DNA of 64,000 nucleotides from Penicillus capitatus (Eukaryota; Plantae; Chlorophyta): NCBI GenBank assembly GCA_965649825.1, contig OZ287709.1, positions 248,001 to 312,000 on the forward strand, read 5' to 3'. Position numbers and translations under genes: made by a program. Position 1 is the stretch's first letter; every line of letters begins with the position of its first letter. The notes beneath the pieces were generated by a model. The model saw only the letters and a program-made list of their open reading frames with translations, did not search any database and had not been told where the DNA came from. Positions 61,630-64,000 of the stretch are shown here, piece after piece.

Positions 61630-64000
61630 ATCCGTTCGTTCGCTTGGATAGATGACAGAGCGTTGCACTTTGTCGATCCATCCATCGTCTGTCTGCTCAT
61701 AAAGAGGGGGAGGACACACACATCGGGGTGGTAAGATGACCTGACGGATTTTCGATTCTTTCATCGCATAAAGATTCTGACAGCTGGGTAAATGCTGTTT
61801 TTTATCTTTGACGGCATATTCTTATTAGATTCCTTTACCTGTATAAACCATAAAAAAAGGTGGACGGACGGATTCGTTATTGATGTTTTCGCTTTCAATT
61901 GAAATTGAAAAAAGTGGTATGACGTGGTATTGTGTGTGGGACTCTGATGGTGAGGTCATCGATGACTTTTCATGCCTGTCAAATCAACAGCGTATAATCC
62001 ATATGGTATGCTTTAAAAACACAGACCAATCGATGGTTGAATCTTTAAAAGAGATGTTTCTCGAAAAGGCGTCAACGCATCTATGTGTAAACAAACAGGA
62101 AGGCGATCGATGATATGCAGAGACAGGTGACCCGCGATAGAAGCTGCGTGCGTCGTCATTCTCGTGCCTGAATCCCACATGCATCATCAGTATCCAGGGT
62201 GGCAGATCGACAGAGGGAGGCCACCGCGCCTTGGTCATTGACTCAAAGACCCTTGCCTGGCCACCGAATAGAGGCAGAACTGGAAGCGTTGTGTTTTGAG
62301 CAACGTCTCGTGGAGTGTTGAGTGTGGAGTGTGTGATGCTCTCTAACGATCAGACGTGACCCAGAGGCCGACATTGCATGTTGTGATTTGGGAGATGGTT
62401 GGGAGAAATCAATGCTGATAGGAAGGCTGCTGTGCGATGTGGGATACGTTGATCGTCACACTCAGCATAAAAAACGAAGACGGAGCTTGAGCGTCGGGCA
62501 TGTGATCCGCAGGTATGCCTTAGCTATCTGAGTGCTTTTGACGCAAGGGTCCTTTTGTCGGTATGGGTCTTGGATGAACGACCGAAGAACGAGCAAGAGG
62601 AGGGACTGTCGATGTTGCCATGTCGCATTTTAGACACAGAACAGTTTTGTGTCGTTTTCCTAGATGCGCGGGTGTCGCAGGTGAGCTCCAGAGACCGCAG
62701 AAACGATCGTGATCTGATCGCGAAGGAATTCTGTGCCGAATATGATCATCGGTACTGCGTAGGCAGATGCCGCAATTCTGTCATCAATAGATTCGAATCC
62801 GGTTTTCAGGTATGCAAATCGAAAGGCGACGAGAGGACCTGCATGCGGCAAGATGCGGTGCTGTTGAATGGAACGGAGTTTCAGGCGACGGAATATGTGC
62901 AATTGACCACAAGTCAAGGTACTGAGCAAATTGCGATGGTCGTTACGTAACCGGACACGTGCCACTCAATACTCAGAGGCTAGATGCCAATTGGTTCCTT
63001 TGGAGACGCTGAAGGAATAGTCTGTTGCATCCACTGTTGTGTTATTTTTACAAATGATGTGAGCTGTGGTCCTTAAGAACATGAAAACATTAGAGCCATT
63101 GCCATTATTACGAACTTCTGAAGTGTTTAAGTCTGTTTCGGGTCATGCGGTGCACTACTTACTCTCTCACAAATTTCTAGAAACGTGAATGGGCCAAAAC
63201 AAGAGAGAGTTGTAATATTGATTTGACAGTTCACTCAAAAACGCTGTTTGCGGGATCAGTTGTCTATTCTTATGAGTAACCGTGTCTGTTTGCTATGCGA
63301 TTTCTTGATTCGATGGAAGAGTGTTCGTCTGACCGCTTTGGAGCTTTCACCCCTTGCGACAGTGCCATCACACATGTCGTTCTTGAACCGATCCGAACGA
63401 TAGTGTCGAAGACAAAACAGCAGTCCTGCACGACGGACATAGAAAGCGATCGATATCGCTGACCGGAGCCAACAGTATCTTGCAGCACACTCACTCGACC
63501 CGTGAGCCAGCAGGAAATGAAGCCAGGCTTTGAAGACGTCTGGTTGCCGCAGAAGTCTGGCCGATCGGAAAAAGAAAAAGTGTGGGCGTTGAAACGACCA
63601 ACGCCCGTTTTTGTTTCATCGCCTTGGCGACTTCGCAGTTCAAGCAAGGATCGACAGAGGAACAAAGCAGAGTTTGATGAAAGGCAAACACATGCAAGAA
63701 CAGTGTGAAATCAGGGAGGCTGCAGCCGCAAAGACGTCGAGCGCTAAGCTTGCAAGAACGCTTGTTCGATAGCTCAGATGGCGGCAGCGGACTTCGGTTT
63801 TTTATGCGTTTGGTGGGATAACTGACGATAAATGATGACTCTATGCAATTCACAATCAAAGCACTCGGTATTGTTGGAAATGTAGCATCTAACGCGTTGT
63901 TCGTAGCCGTCGGAGGCGGTTCGATTCTTGGTAACCACCCTGGCGCGCTGACCATCAGACGCGACGGGTGCTAGCTTCCGAGCCAACTTCTTCATAACAA

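Noticed and set aside
62200-63900. Degenerate LTR pol (EAELEAL, PQKSGRSE)
   Set aside because: Short motifs in unrelated frames with no LTR, PBS or ordered domains.

Overview
Compact eukaryotic nuclear DNA with about 50% GC, introns of about 45-75 nt and the standard genetic code (conserved C-termini end on TAA/TAG). The gene content (KCBP, SOS1, XK-1-type kinase, TGTAA poly(A)-like signals) points to a green alga; that is an inference. Genes in order: sugar-porter MFS, scramblase/AIM25-like, copine, TRM61, KCBP, USP12/46-like, FAD/NAD(P) oxidoreductase, senescence-domain gene, ThiE/TenI-like, FGGY kinase, exostosin-like/sulfotransferase, second sugar porter, ALDH2-type copy 1, TLC-like, third sugar porter, ALDH2-type copy 2, mitochondrial ATP synthase beta, CNOT11, an orphan ORF and SOS1/NHX7. 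The 27.5-44.8 kb interval is a decayed accessory zone (LINE remnant, complete TRIM, solo LTR, pseudogenes) bracketed by an inverted duplication. Main oddities: a strongly over-represented 9-mer TGATGTGAC that occurs in both orientations and often forms intron acceptors; a KCBP whose motor has lost switch I, switch II and loop L11; an in-frame kinase-ThiE pair 24 nt apart; a TRIM whose two LTRs differ almost only on the U5 side; an exostosin-like/sulfotransferase fusion; an ALDH paralogue with a remodelled pocket; and a His-rich SOS1 ectodomain. Exon boundaries were inferred by eye and no database search was run.
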